NCBI GenBank assembly: GCA_963662465.1
Contig: OY759599.1
Span: 6,272,001-6,336,000 of the forward strand
Length of the DNA: 64,000 bases
Reading direction: 5' to 3'
Source: Desulfatiglandales bacterium
GTDB lineage: Bacteria; Desulfobacterota; DSM-4660; Desulfatiglandales; Desulfatiglandaceae
In this document: positions 1-8,273 of the stretch, piece by piece
Layout of the letters: each line of letters opens with the position of its first letter
Numbering within the stretch: the first letter of the stretch is position 1
Notes under the pieces: generated by a model
Databases searched by the model: none
The model's input: the letters and a program-made list of their open reading frames with translations, nothing else
Told to the model about the DNA's origin: nothing
Position numbers and translations under genes: made by a program

Positions 1-600
1 TTGCATCAGCTTATCGTGCGGAATCGTATCAAAGTAACTTTTCAGGTCGGCGTCCAGTATGAAGGTGTAGCCTTCCTTAATAAGCGCGTCTACTTCTCGC
101 AACGCGTCCTTGCAACCTCTTTGCGGCCTGAAGCCGTAACTCATCGGCAGAAATTCATGCTCGAATATGGGCTCCATAACCATTTTAACCGCTGCCTGCA
201 CTACCCGGTCTTTGACCGTGGGTATCCCCAGCGGGCGTTGTTTGCCGTCGCTTTTCGGAATGTATACCCGTTTTACCGCTTCCGGTCGGTACGTTCCCGC
301 TTTCAAGGTTTCATGCAGTTCGGCAAGGTATTTCTCCGCCTGCTCCTTAAAGCGCTTTATGCTGATACGGTCTATCCCTGCCGCTCCTTTATTGGCTTTG
401 ACACGTCCCCAAGCCGCTTCCAGCGTCGACAAGGCGAACACCTTATCCATCAAACTGTACCATTTACCACCTTTCACCCCGTTACCCAGGGCTGCCAACA
501 TACGTTCCGTCCACACCGATGCTTCCACCCAATCCCATCGGGTTTCTGCCTCGCGTTTAGTTGTTTCCAACACTGCCGAGACTGCTTGATTTAGCTGCAT
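1..600 (-). CDS. ltrA: Group II intron reverse transcriptase/maturase, N-terminal 200 aa (runs off window start)
   Basis: Manual minus-strand translation from ATG at 600 gives MQLNQAVS...VKANKGAAGID...RVYIPKSDGKQRPLGIPTVKDRVVQAA...SYGFRP...LDADLKSYFDTIPH, i.e. RT0-RT3 motifs. Absent from the ORF track because there is no stop in the window. Confidence 0.95.
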   Translation of the reverse strand, partial: MQLNQAVSAVLETTKREAETRWDWVEASVWTERMLAALGNGVKGGKWYSLMDKVFALSTLEAAWGRVKANKGAAGIDRISIKRFKEQAEKYLAELHETLKAGTYRPEAVKRVYIPKSDGKQRPLGIPTVKDRVVQAAVKMVMEPIFEHEFLPMSYGFRPQRGCKDALREVDALIKEGYTFILDADLKSYFDTIPHDKLMQ

Positions 601-1093
601 CTATATGACCTTTCCGTATCTATCTTCCTATCCTCCTTCCCTCGGCACGGTTTTGCTATCCGCGCTTTTCACAACCCGGTATCCGACGCAGGCGGCGGGT
701 ACTGGTCTCACGCCGTAAGCCTTGTTAGCAGGACCGTTCTGTCGCTACGGTACTATGAGGACTCTGACTCCTGCCTCCTGTCACCCCAAGAGACAGGTCT
801 CCCTGCTTATCTCGCTTTACCTTCCAGTCATTCCGACCCCAAACATACCATGCCGTCAAACCATCGCTTTAACCGCCATTACAGCGTGGTCTGTGAGTTT
901 CAGGCTTCACCATGGAACGGTAGGCTCGCCACCACATGACACCGAATCGGGTTCGTCATCCTACGGACTGACTTTTCGCCTCCGGTTGCTCTCCACCCCG
1001 CCTCGCGGCGACGCAGTTACCTTCGGCTACGGAGCTATGGCATACTCCGGTACGGACTTTCACCGCACTGATAAAGCGCCTTCACAGGCGCAC
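1..1093 (-). mobile_element. Group II intron, 5' portion (ribozyme domains plus start of RT ORF)
   Basis: Minus strand begins GTGCGCCTGTGAAGGCGC at 1093 (GUGYG 5' consensus), followed by ~490 nt of non-coding sequence before the RT ATG. Confidence 0.9.
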
Positions 1094-1095
1094 CA

Positions 1096-1117
1096 TTCCC
1101 ACGCTCCGGCGTGGGAA
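1096..1117. repeat. REP-like hairpin TTCCCACGC-TCCG-GCGTGGGAA at the intron insertion site
   Basis: Perfect 9-bp stem with a 4-nt loop, 2 nt from the intron 5' splice site. Confidence 0.75.
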
Positions 1118-1239
1118 CCCATACCGGGCGGCGTTGACACGCCAGGGCTGAACCTGCCTCCCATAACTTTTTAAAACATGATGTGAAAGTCTTTTTCATA
1201 CATTGAAAACCAACACCAGCTCCAAGGCTGGAAAATCCC

Positions 1240-1308
1240 AAAGATCTTGGGGAGACTCCAGAAAAACCATATTCAGGGAAGTTTGTGTTGCGCTTGCTGC
1301 CCAAATAG
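1240..1308 (+). pseudogene. HicB-like antitoxin C-terminal relic
   Basis: Translates LGETPEKPYSGKFVLRL, a typical HicB C-terminal motif; no start codon. Confidence 0.45.
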
Positions 1309-1534
1309 CTAACCAGAGCCTCAACGCATAGGCAGCAGAACATTTGATCTAAAATGCCGAACAAGAACTTCAAAAGCCTTTTTGAAGAAATTGGTTTCCC
1401 TGCCTGAGTGAGTCTCCGATTTTTCTTGCACATTAATAGTATGCCCTACGCTAAACGCAACATGCAGAAAATAGACCCCTCTTCCCAGCATCTTCAGGAT
1501 AAAAAAAGCCTGTATAGTGAATTACATTTTATCT

Positions 1535-1571
1535 GAACTTATAGCCACATAAGTTCTGGCAATCAGAACTT
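1535..1571. promoter_or_regulatory. Overlapping inverted repeats upstream of higBA (candidate operator)
   Basis: GAACTTAT-N6-ATAAGTTC and AAGTTCTG-N5-CAGAACTT, with TTGACA at 1577. Confidence 0.4.
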
Positions 1572-1611
1572 TATCCTTGACACATCGAGACTCAGAGTGT
1601 ATTGAAATTCT

Positions 1612-1917
1612 ATGCACATAATCGCTCGTAACTCACTGATTGAATTTGGGGTAAAATATCCGGATGTCAGAATGGCTGTTGACAGGTGGTGGACTATATG
1701 CAGAAAAAATACTTTTTGTTCTTTCTCCGACCTGAAAAAGACATTCGGCACAGCCGATATGGCAGATAGATGTGTTATTTTCAACATCGGTGGCGGAAAA
1801 TATAGATTGGTCGTAAGAGTCAACTTTGTGGGCCGGAGAATGTGGATAAAGTATGTGTTACCCCATAATGAATATGAAAAGCTTGATCTGAAGGAGGACT
1901 CAAAATGCCGGCCATAG
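1612..1917 (+). CDS. higB: HigB-family mRNA interferase toxin
   Basis: MHIIARNSL...DLKKTFGTAD...VIFNIGGGKYRLVV...HNEYEK motifs; overlaps the downstream antitoxin. Confidence 0.9.
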   Translation: MHIIARNSLIEFGVKYPDVRMAVDRWWTICRKNTFCSFSDLKKTFGTADMADRCVIFNIGGGKYRLVVRVNFVGRRMWIKYVLPHNEYEKLDLKEDSKCRP

Positions 1918-2285
1918 ATGGTATGGATTCCAGAGATTTATATCCACTGATAGTTATAAGAAGCCAGGATGATTACAAAAAGGCACTTGGTTCCATGGAG
2001 ACTGTTTTTGATGAGGAGACAGGTCCCCTGGCAGATTATGCAGAAACACTTGCCATCCTGATTGTGCACTATGAGGAACAGAATTTTCCATTGGAGAAAA
2101 AACAGGGAGTGGAAGTCCTGAAGTTTCTTATGGAACAGAATGGTCTCAAACAAAGGGATCTGGTGGGGACTCTTGGAGGGAAGTCGACTGTTTCGGAGAT
2201 ACTTAATGGGAAAAGGCCATTAAACTTGCAGCACATCAGGACCTTGGCAGATAGATTCCATGTTGTGCCCGGAACCTTTGTTTAA
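1905..2285 (+). CDS. higA: HigA-family HTH antitoxin
   Basis: LKFLMEQNGLKQRDL...KSTVSEILNGKRPLNL XRE-type HTH; toxin-first gene order. Confidence 0.9.
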   Translation: MPAIDGMDSRDLYPLIVIRSQDDYKKALGSMETVFDEETGPLADYAETLAILIVHYEEQNFPLEKKQGVEVLKFLMEQNGLKQRDLVGTLGGKSTVSEILNGKRPLNLQHIRTLADRFHVVPGTFV

Positions 2286-2483
2286 CACGGACACACAGGC
2301 TGACACCGACTTTTTCACCTATCGCAGCTTCTTCCATGACGAAGAAACCCAAAGATTATTTTACCATGAAAACAGGCGATAGGCGATGGGCTATGGGTTC
2401 TGCCGCCATTTTCATCTGCGGGGGTGGCAAATCCCTTGTCATGAGGGTTTACCATGAAAATACATCGCAGGCGCCTGCTGTGA

Positions 2484-2545
2484 GTAGAGACAAGGCATGC
2501 CTTGTCGCTACAGCCTCGACCGTCGCGGCGAGACGCCGCTCACAC
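2484..2545. repeat. REP-like palindromes
   Basis: GTAGAGACAAGGCATGCCTTGTCGCTAC (near-perfect palindrome starting GTAG) and a GCGGCG-AGA-CGCCGC hairpin. Confidence 0.6.
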
Positions 2546-2569
2546 AGCGCCATTTTCATGCGCGGGGGG

Positions 2570-2910
2570 GGGGGGATGCCTGAGGCAATCCAGCGATTCA
2601 TCGATACGAATTCGCTCGACGCGGTATTTGATGTTTATGCCTCGATTATAGAAACATACAAAGACGATTTTGCGAAATATGCAACCCAGTCCGAAGGCGA
2701 ATATTCAAGCCTTTCTTCTTGGATTGTGGCTTGATGAATACCATTTGCGGCGTTCAATGGATAGCATTGAACGAACTTAAGAGAACGTCATTTATCAATA
2801 AAGGCCATGTAGCTGAACAGTTCATTGCCCAACATCTTGTCTTCGTCGGAAAAAACAATGTAAGCCCGTTTTTGACCTACTGGTTGCGCGAAGGGAGGAC
2901 CGGAAATTTG
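2570..2910 (+). pseudogene. Relic of AAA_14/DUF4143 ATPase with an internal deletion
   Basis: GGMPEAIQRFID...DDFAKYATQ joined to LDCGLMNTICG...YWLREGR; close paralog of 29553..30956. Confidence 0.85.
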
Positions 2911-3197
2911 GTGACATTTTAATCCGAAGTTGTTACCTGCGCAAGTTGTTTTTGTAACCGCTTACTGCTGACGAACTCTTATTCTTTGGATCTGTGCAGG
3001 TAGTGACTTACAGATTAAATGCTTCGAAAAAAACAAGATGATCAGTATAATAAGAGGAATTCATTGCTAAAAAAACTTAAAACTGCGTCTTGCCGCCTTA
3101 GCCATTATACATCCTAATTCTCCCCACCATCCCTTCCAGTCTTGCCCTTTCAGCTTTCACCTTTGGGTTTCTATCCATCCTATCCACAGCTCTCATC

Positions 3198-3226
3198 TTG
3201 ACAAATCCAACAAACTGGGTAATACT
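3198..3226 (+). promoter_or_regulatory. Candidate sigma70 promoter of brnTA
   Basis: TTGACA-17 nt-AATACT upstream of a GGAGG RBS. Confidence 0.45.
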
Positions 3227-3255
3227 ATGTATGCCCTAAAAACAGGAGGCTATTT

Positions 3256-3528
3256 TTGCGAATTAATGATTTCGAATGGGATGAGGGTAATGCCTTGCAT
3301 CTCCAACTGGGTCACGGTATTTCGCCGGAAGAGGCAGAAGAGGTCTTTGCCGGCGACCCTTTTTTCAGACGAACAAAAAAAGGGCATTACGCAGTTTTTG
3401 GTCCAACCTTTGAAGGAAGGTATCTGACGATTGTTTTCCAGCTAAAACCCAAAGGCATTGCTCGACCTTTCACCGGCTGGGATATGCGTCGAGCAGAAAT
3501 TCAATACTACAAGAAACACAGGGGATAA
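3256..3528 (+). CDS. BrnT-family toxin
   Basis: FEWDEGN...HGISPEEAEEVF...GRYLTIVF motifs, 90 aa. Confidence 0.85.
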   Translation: MRINDFEWDEGNALHLQLGHGISPEEAEEVFAGDPFFRRTKKGHYAVFGPTFEGRYLTIVFQLKPKGIARPFTGWDMRRAEIQYYKKHRG

Positions 3529-3530
3529 GA

Positions 3531-3824
3531 GTGGCAACACAAAAACCGGCGCCAAAAAACTGGGCGGAGTATTACGACCAGGAAAATATTCTGGAGGAAA
3601 TCCTGGAGGACGCGGTCAATTTCAGCTTGAACGAAGATCTTCTTCAGGCCATCGTTGCAGGCAAGCGTAAGAGAAAACTGAAAAATATCTCTATCAAGAT
3701 AGATCCTCTGCATGTTTCAGCTATCAAGAAGCTTGCTACAATGAAGGCTATCCCTTATCAGACTTTGGTAAGACAGTGGCTTGCAGAGGATATTAGGAAG
3801 GAATTGGATGCGGTCACAAAATAG
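3531..3824 (+). CDS. BrnA/CopG-like antitoxin
   Basis: C-terminal RHH-like ISIKID...IPYQTLVRQWL; directly after brnT. Confidence 0.8.
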   Translation: MATQKPAPKNWAEYYDQENILEEILEDAVNFSLNEDLLQAIVAGKRKRKLKNISIKIDPLHVSAIKKLATMKAIPYQTLVRQWLAEDIRKELDAVTK

Positions 3825-4092
3825 CTGGATTCATGGGCTTATCAACTTCTCCACCTAAATTTGTGCATGTTACCCCATAAAAGAAAAAAGGTTGTAAGTA
3901 TCCTGAAAATCACGTAAATCCTGTCACAATAACCCGGTAATATTCAAAAGGGACAGGCCAATAATTTTATATTGGCGACGTGGGCCGAATTCTCCTTGAT
4001 CTCCATTCCTTCCATCAATTTCCAAACATCAAAAGAACCTTGCCCGACCTTGGGCTTTCTGATATTCTGGCAGCATATTCAAACTCGAACGG

Positions 4093-5103
4093 GTGGAACA
4101 AAAAATGACCTTTGACTCTGAAACGGCTGATTACGACAGCCCGTGGAAAAACGCTCTGGAATGCTATTTTCGTGAATGCATTGAGTTTTTTCTTCCTGAG
4201 ATGGCGCAGGATGTGGATTGGGAAAGGGGATGCCTTTTTTTGGACAAGGAATTTCAGCAGGTGTCCAAAAATGCGGCTGTCGGTCGCAGATATGCCGACA
4301 AACTCGTACAACTGTACCGCAAAGACGGCAGCGATGAATGGGTGTTGGCGCACGTGGAAGTGCAGGGGCAGAAAAGGAAACCGTTCCCTGAGAGGATGTA
4401 CACTTATAATTACCGAACATTTGACCTTTTTCATCGGAAAGTAGCCAGTATCGCGATTCTGGCGGATGAAAATCCTTTGTGGCGTCCGGATCATTTCAGT
4501 TATGAATTGTGGGGAAGTCGTGCCGGGCTGTGGTTTCCATGCGTGAAGCTTCTTGATTACAGTGAGAAATGGACGGAATTGGAGGCATCGACCAATCCCT
4601 TTGCCTCGGTTGTGATGGCGCATTTAAAGGCGGTTGAAACCAAGGGAGACAACGAGCAGCGATACCGGTGGAAGCTGATCCTCATTAAAAGGCTTTACCG
4701 CCAGGGATACTCTAAAGCAGATGTGCTCAGGCTGTTTGCATTTATAGATTGGGTCATGTCCCTGCCTGCGGATATGGAAAAAGGCCTTTGGACGGAAATC
4801 CAAAAGTTCGAGGAGGAAACGAAAATGGAATATGTTACCAGCGTGGAAAGAATCGGTATGGAGAAAGGCATGGAGAAAGGCATGGAGAAAGGCATGGAGA
4901 AAGGCATGGAGAAAGGCAGCCTGAATCTTCTGTGCCGTCTCATTGCGAAGCGATTTAAAACCGGTTACGAATCGCTTCCTCCGATCTTCACGGGTTTGCG
5001 TGCGGAAGATATCGAAGATCTTGGCGAGCGTTTCCTGGATGCCGAGAGCGTGGATGAGATTCGTCGATGGGCGGAAGAAAAACGCAGGGCGAGGATGCAG
5101 TAG
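4093..5103 (+). CDS. Rpn-family (PD-(D/E)XK, transposase_31-like) nuclease
   Basis: DSPWK...RRYADKLV...HVEVQ...RMYTYNYR motifs and C-terminal GMEK repeats. Confidence 0.85.
   Translation: MEQKMTFDSETADYDSPWKNALECYFRECIEFFLPEMAQDVDWERGCLFLDKEFQQVSKNAAVGRRYADKLVQLYRKDGSDEWVLAHVEVQGQKRKPFPERMYTYNYRTFDLFHRKVASIAILADENPLWRPDHFSYELWGSRAGLWFPCVKLLDYSEKWTELEASTNPFASVVMAHLKAVETKGDNEQRYRWKLILIKRLYRQGYSKADVLRLFAFIDWVMSLPADMEKGLWTEIQKFEEETKMEYVTSVERIGMEKGMEKGMEKGMEKGMEKGSLNLLCRLIAKRFKTGYESLPPIFTGLRAEDIEDLGERFLDAESVDEIRRWAEEKRRARMQ
4858..4917 (+). repeat. 12-bp coding tandem repeat (ATGGAGAAAGGC)x5
   Basis: Directly visible; encodes MEKG repeats. Confidence 0.95.
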
Positions 5104-5311
5104 CGCAGGGACTCAGCCCATGGACATCTGGGTGGCGCTTTGTAAAAAACATGGAACAGAAGTGGGATGTCCATAAAAAGCTAAGAAAGTTGCCAGGCGT
5201 ACAATGATTTCCCGCTTGCCGAGGCCGCGTATCGGTTGTTATTCGAAAATTATTGCAGAAGGGAATAGGTTCAGACCTCAATCTTTTGACAGGATTAACA
5301 GGATCAACTGG

Positions 5312-5419
5312 ATAAAAGAAAAAAGGTTATAAGTATCCTGAAAATCACGTAAATCCTGTCACATTTGACCTTTTTCATCGGAAAGTAGCCAGTATCGCGA
5401 TTCTGGCGGATTAAAATCC
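5312..5419 (+). pseudogene. Collapsed duplicate of the rpn upstream region and an rpn internal segment
   Basis: 5312-5363 matches 3877-3928 and 5361-5419 matches about 4417-4475; the two parts join at an ACA microhomology. Confidence 0.8.
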
Positions 5420-5867
5420 GGCTCAATGCGGATTAACGTGAAAAAATGTTTCGCCACCAGGAAAAACCTCGGTGCATTCGTCATAAAGAATCGTATGTAT
5501 TCGGAATCCGACGAACCCATGGTTATTTTTCCCACGCGGTAGGTCAGGGTGCGGCGCGTCTCGTTTTTTCCTCTGACGCTGTTGAATCCCAAATGGGTTG
5601 AAATCCATCAAACGACCGAAAAAAACCCGAACGCGCCGTTCCCTGACATTTTTACGATCACCCCAACGTCGCCAATGGCGATTATCGGTTTATGCCGAAT
5701 CAATGTCAGGTAATCCCGTGTGTGGACGTGTGGGATTTTGAACGTTCATGGAGGTTGGAGTGAAAATAGAAATTTCGCGGTAAAAATGTAAACGCGGGAT
5801 AACTTGACCTACGGACTATACGACTTTTCCCCTCCGGGAATGTTTTCACGTTAATCCGCGATGAACC
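5420..5867. mobile_element. MITE-like non-autonomous element, 448 bp
   Basis: Terminal inverted repeats GGCTCAATGCGGATTAACGTGAAAA / GGTTCATCGCGGATTAACGTGAAAA (22/25). The left end cuts the rpn relic exactly. No credible ORF and no TSD. Confidence 0.65.
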
Positions 5868-5901
5868 GAATAGCCATGGCTCAGTGCGATTACCAACACA
5901 A

Positions 5902-6200
5902 GGGTCGCGTGTTTATATAAAGCTTGGCAAGCAGCGAGCGGTTTTTCATTCTCCTCACCCACAAAAAGAGGCGGTCAAAGGGGCAGTTGAAGATATTAGA
6001 TCGTTTTTGAAATGAGCAGGAGTTCAACCATGAGCAAATTAAATATCCTGGCATATAAAGGGTACTTCGGAGAAGTTTCCTTTGACAGTGATGCGAAAGT
6101 GTTCTACGGGCGTGTCATAAATACACGAGATACGATAACTTTCCAGTCAGATAACGCCAAACAGCTTGAAAAGGAATTTCAGGTTTCGGTGGATCCTTAG
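5902..6200 (+). pseudogene. hicA-hicB toxin-antitoxin relic
   Basis: GSRV...AVFHSPHPQKE...GAVEDIRSFLK*AGVQP (HicA C-terminus with a stop), then MSKLNILAYKGYFGEV...QVSVD (truncated HicB from ATG at 6030). Confidence 0.8.
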
Positions 6201-6289
6201 CGTAATACCCAAGGCGGCAGGGCCGCAGGTTTAGTGTTAAGTTCAAGCGGTTACAGATTTTCTTGTTTTTTGTGGCAGAAATTCCGGGA

Positions 6290-6678
6290 GTAAGGGCCGC
6301 GTGGCGGAACAGTTCATCGCCCAACACCTCGCTTTTTTTGGAAAAAACAACGTGACCCCATCTCTAACCTATTGGTTGCGGAAAAAAAGATCAGCCAATG
6401 CCAAGATTGATTTTGTGACGCTGTTGGATGAATCGATCGTTCCTGTCGAGGTTAAAGCCGGCAAAAGTGGTTCGCTCAAGTCCCTTTTGCAGTTCGTAAA
6501 CCAAAAAGAAATCAAAACCGCCGTGCGCTTTGATTTGAATCCGCCTACCTTGCAACATGTCTCACACGCCATTCGCCAGGCCGATAAATCCCTACCGATA
6601 GCGTTTGCTCTATTATCTCTTCCGCTTTACATGATTGAGGAACTGTTCAGAATTTTTTCTGCAAGAAACGCCGGCTGA
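6290..6678 (+). pseudogene. C-terminal relic of DUF4143 ATPase
   Basis: AEQFIAQHL...IVPVEVKAGKSGSLKSL...LPLYMIEEL, homologous to the C-terminus of 29553..30956. Confidence 0.85.
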
Positions 6679-6854
6679 CGTGCTCAAAATGTGGTTACGA
6701 ACTGAGTCTGATAAACCATATCTGAACATTTGGAAAACAGGGAAAGAAAATTTGACAAAAAATTGGGATTCGATAAATCAACCTTTTGAAAAAATTGAAC
6801 TTGCAAGGATACTTTTGCCAAATCTGCCACGCAAAGCGATCTGCTGTGCCTGCA

Positions 6855-7010
6855 GTAAGGTGTTCGACTACGTGCCCATGGCCGCCGGTGAAAAACTCAA
6901 ATATGTTAGTGTGGATTCTGATGGCCAGTCTCGAGACATCAGCCGGGCGCTTGCTCTGCTCGAAAAAGCATAGATCATCATGAAAGCCTGTCACACGGGC
7001 GCATCCGATT
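6855..7010 (+). pseudogene. Internal relic of DUF4143 ATPase
   Basis: KVFDYVPMAAGEKLKY...LLEKA*IIMKACHT, homologous to about 30270-30420. Confidence 0.75.
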
Positions 7011-7108
7011 CTGCTGCATCTTTTAACCGTTGTTCTATCTTTTAGCCCAGTGTTTCGCGAACGGACTCGATCGGGTACGCCAGGTGCGAGGGACTTTCCG
7101 GCCCACAT

Positions 7109-7168
7109 CTGCCAAAAAATGTCACATTATCTGGCAAAAAATGTCACATTTTTTGCCAGATAATGACC
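7109..7168. promoter_or_regulatory. Candidate enhancer (PilR-type bEBP binding site) upstream of the pilins
   Basis: Direct repeat CAAAAAATGTCACATT x2 inside the palindrome ATTATCTGGCAAAAAA...TTTTTTGCCAGATAAT, about 120-180 bp upstream of the sigma54 site. Confidence 0.6.
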
Positions 7169-7285
7169 TAAAGGGAAAAATCCGTATTTTTAAAAAAGAC
7201 ATGTTCCAGAATTGCATGGTTTTTTTTCGGTCTATTGTTCTGTTTATGGGGAATTTTTTCAGCATTGATGCTTTTGTCAATATGA

Positions 7286-7301
7286 TGGCATAATATTTGC
7301 T
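7286..7301 (+). promoter_or_regulatory. sigma54 (-24/-12) promoter of the pilin genes
   Basis: TGGCA-TAATAT-TTGCT matches TGGCA-N6-TTGCW; type IVa pilA genes are classically RpoN/PilR dependent. Confidence 0.8.
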
Positions 7302-7394
7302 TGTCTATAATGCAAGTTGTGGGGATCATATCTTTCCCAGCGATAATGTCGTACAAGTATCATCTTGTAACAACCGTAAAAAGAAAGGTGTCTG

Positions 7395-7760
7395 TTGATG
7401 ATTAAGCACGTGGAAAGAGGTTTTACCCTTATTGAACTGATGATTGTTATTGCCATTATCGGTATTCTGGCGGCCATCGCCATCCCTCAATTTACTGAGT
7501 ACCTCAAAAGGGGGAGCAATGCTGCGGCCAAAACAGACGTGCGGACTGCGTCCATTGTGGAAGAGTCGTATTTTGTGGATAATCAATCATACGCCAACGA
7601 TGTGAATGCGCTCATCAGTTCAGGGTTCAGGGCGTCGGAGAATGTCACCCTGACGGTGAGCGGCGACAACCAGGGGTATACGCTCACCAGTTACCATGAC
7701 AACGGCGATGAGACCTATATCATTACAGGACCCCTGGGGAATTTTACCTTTATCAGATAA
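7395..7760 (+). CDS. pilA: Type IVa pilin 1 (112-aa mature form)
   Basis: Class III signal [23 protein letters not shown] with E5 and P22. Confidence 0.92.
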   Translation: MMIKHVERGFTLIELMIVIAIIGILAAIAIPQFTEYLKRGSNAAAKTDVRTASIVEESYFVDNQSYANDVNALISSGFRASENVTLTVSGDNQGYTLTSYHDNGDETYIITGPLGNFTFIR

Positions 7761-7879
7761 TGCGTCATTTCAATAAATAAAATATCAATTTAAAGCGAAA
7801 AGGAGGTGTTGCTTTTTTAAGGAGAGGGTGTTTTTTTTGAATCGTTTTAGTTAAAGGAAAACCAGAAAGGAGACTCAAA

Positions 7880-8254
7880 ATGTTGAGGAAAATTAAGAAA
7901 AATAGGAATGAAAAGGGTTTTACCCTTATTGAACTGATGATTGTTATTGCCATCATCGGTATTTTGGCGGCCATCGCCATCCCGCAGTTCACTGCGTATC
8001 GGGCCAGATCATATGACGCTTCGGCCGCATCGGACCTTAACAATGCTGCAAAGGCGCTGGTGGATTATGTGGGCAAGTATGAAGCGTATCCGACTAGCAT
8101 AGATTCTCTTAGCACCAATACCTCTAAAGGTGTGACCCTTACCGGGGCTGTTAATGTTGCGGATTGGGCCATGACGGCTACCCATGCGGAGGGCAACAGA
8201 AATTATTTTCTTAGTAACGCATCCGGCAGATTAACCTACTCAGAAAAAGAATAG
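7880..8254 (+). CDS. pilA: Type IVa pilin 2 (111-aa mature form), probable major pilin
   Basis: Basic leader, then [33 protein letters not shown]; strong AGGAG RBS. Confidence 0.93.
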   Translation: MLRKIKKNRNEKGFTLIELMIVIAIIGILAAIAIPQFTAYRARSYDASAASDLNNAAKALVDYVGKYEAYPTSIDSLSTNTSKGVTLTGAVNVADWAMTATHAEGNRNYFLSNASGRLTYSEKE

Positions 8255-8273
8255 GTTTTCACCTGCATGACCT

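Noticed and set aside
1..600. RT as a retron, DGR or CRISPR-associated RT
   Set aside because: The RT0 motif (NKGAAGID) and a GTGCG-initiated upstream RNA indicate a group II intron; no TR/VR pair or cas genes were seen.
1..1174. Plus-strand ORFs 1..594, 167..589 and 722..1174
   Set aside because: Antisense shadows of the group II intron RT and ribozyme.
2336..2734. 132-aa ORF as a real gene
   Set aside because: Read-through of repeat DNA into an ATPase relic.
4858..4917. CRISPR-like array
   Set aside because: Contiguous 12-bp units without spacers; no CRISPR array was seen anywhere in the window.
4015..5281. Alternative-frame ORFs with PFSM/ERHG repeats
   Set aside because: Other-frame readings of the 12-bp repeat in rpn.
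7395..8254. Neisseria-style silent pilin cassette system
   Set aside because: Both genes are full length with their own leaders, and no promoterless partial cassettes were seen.
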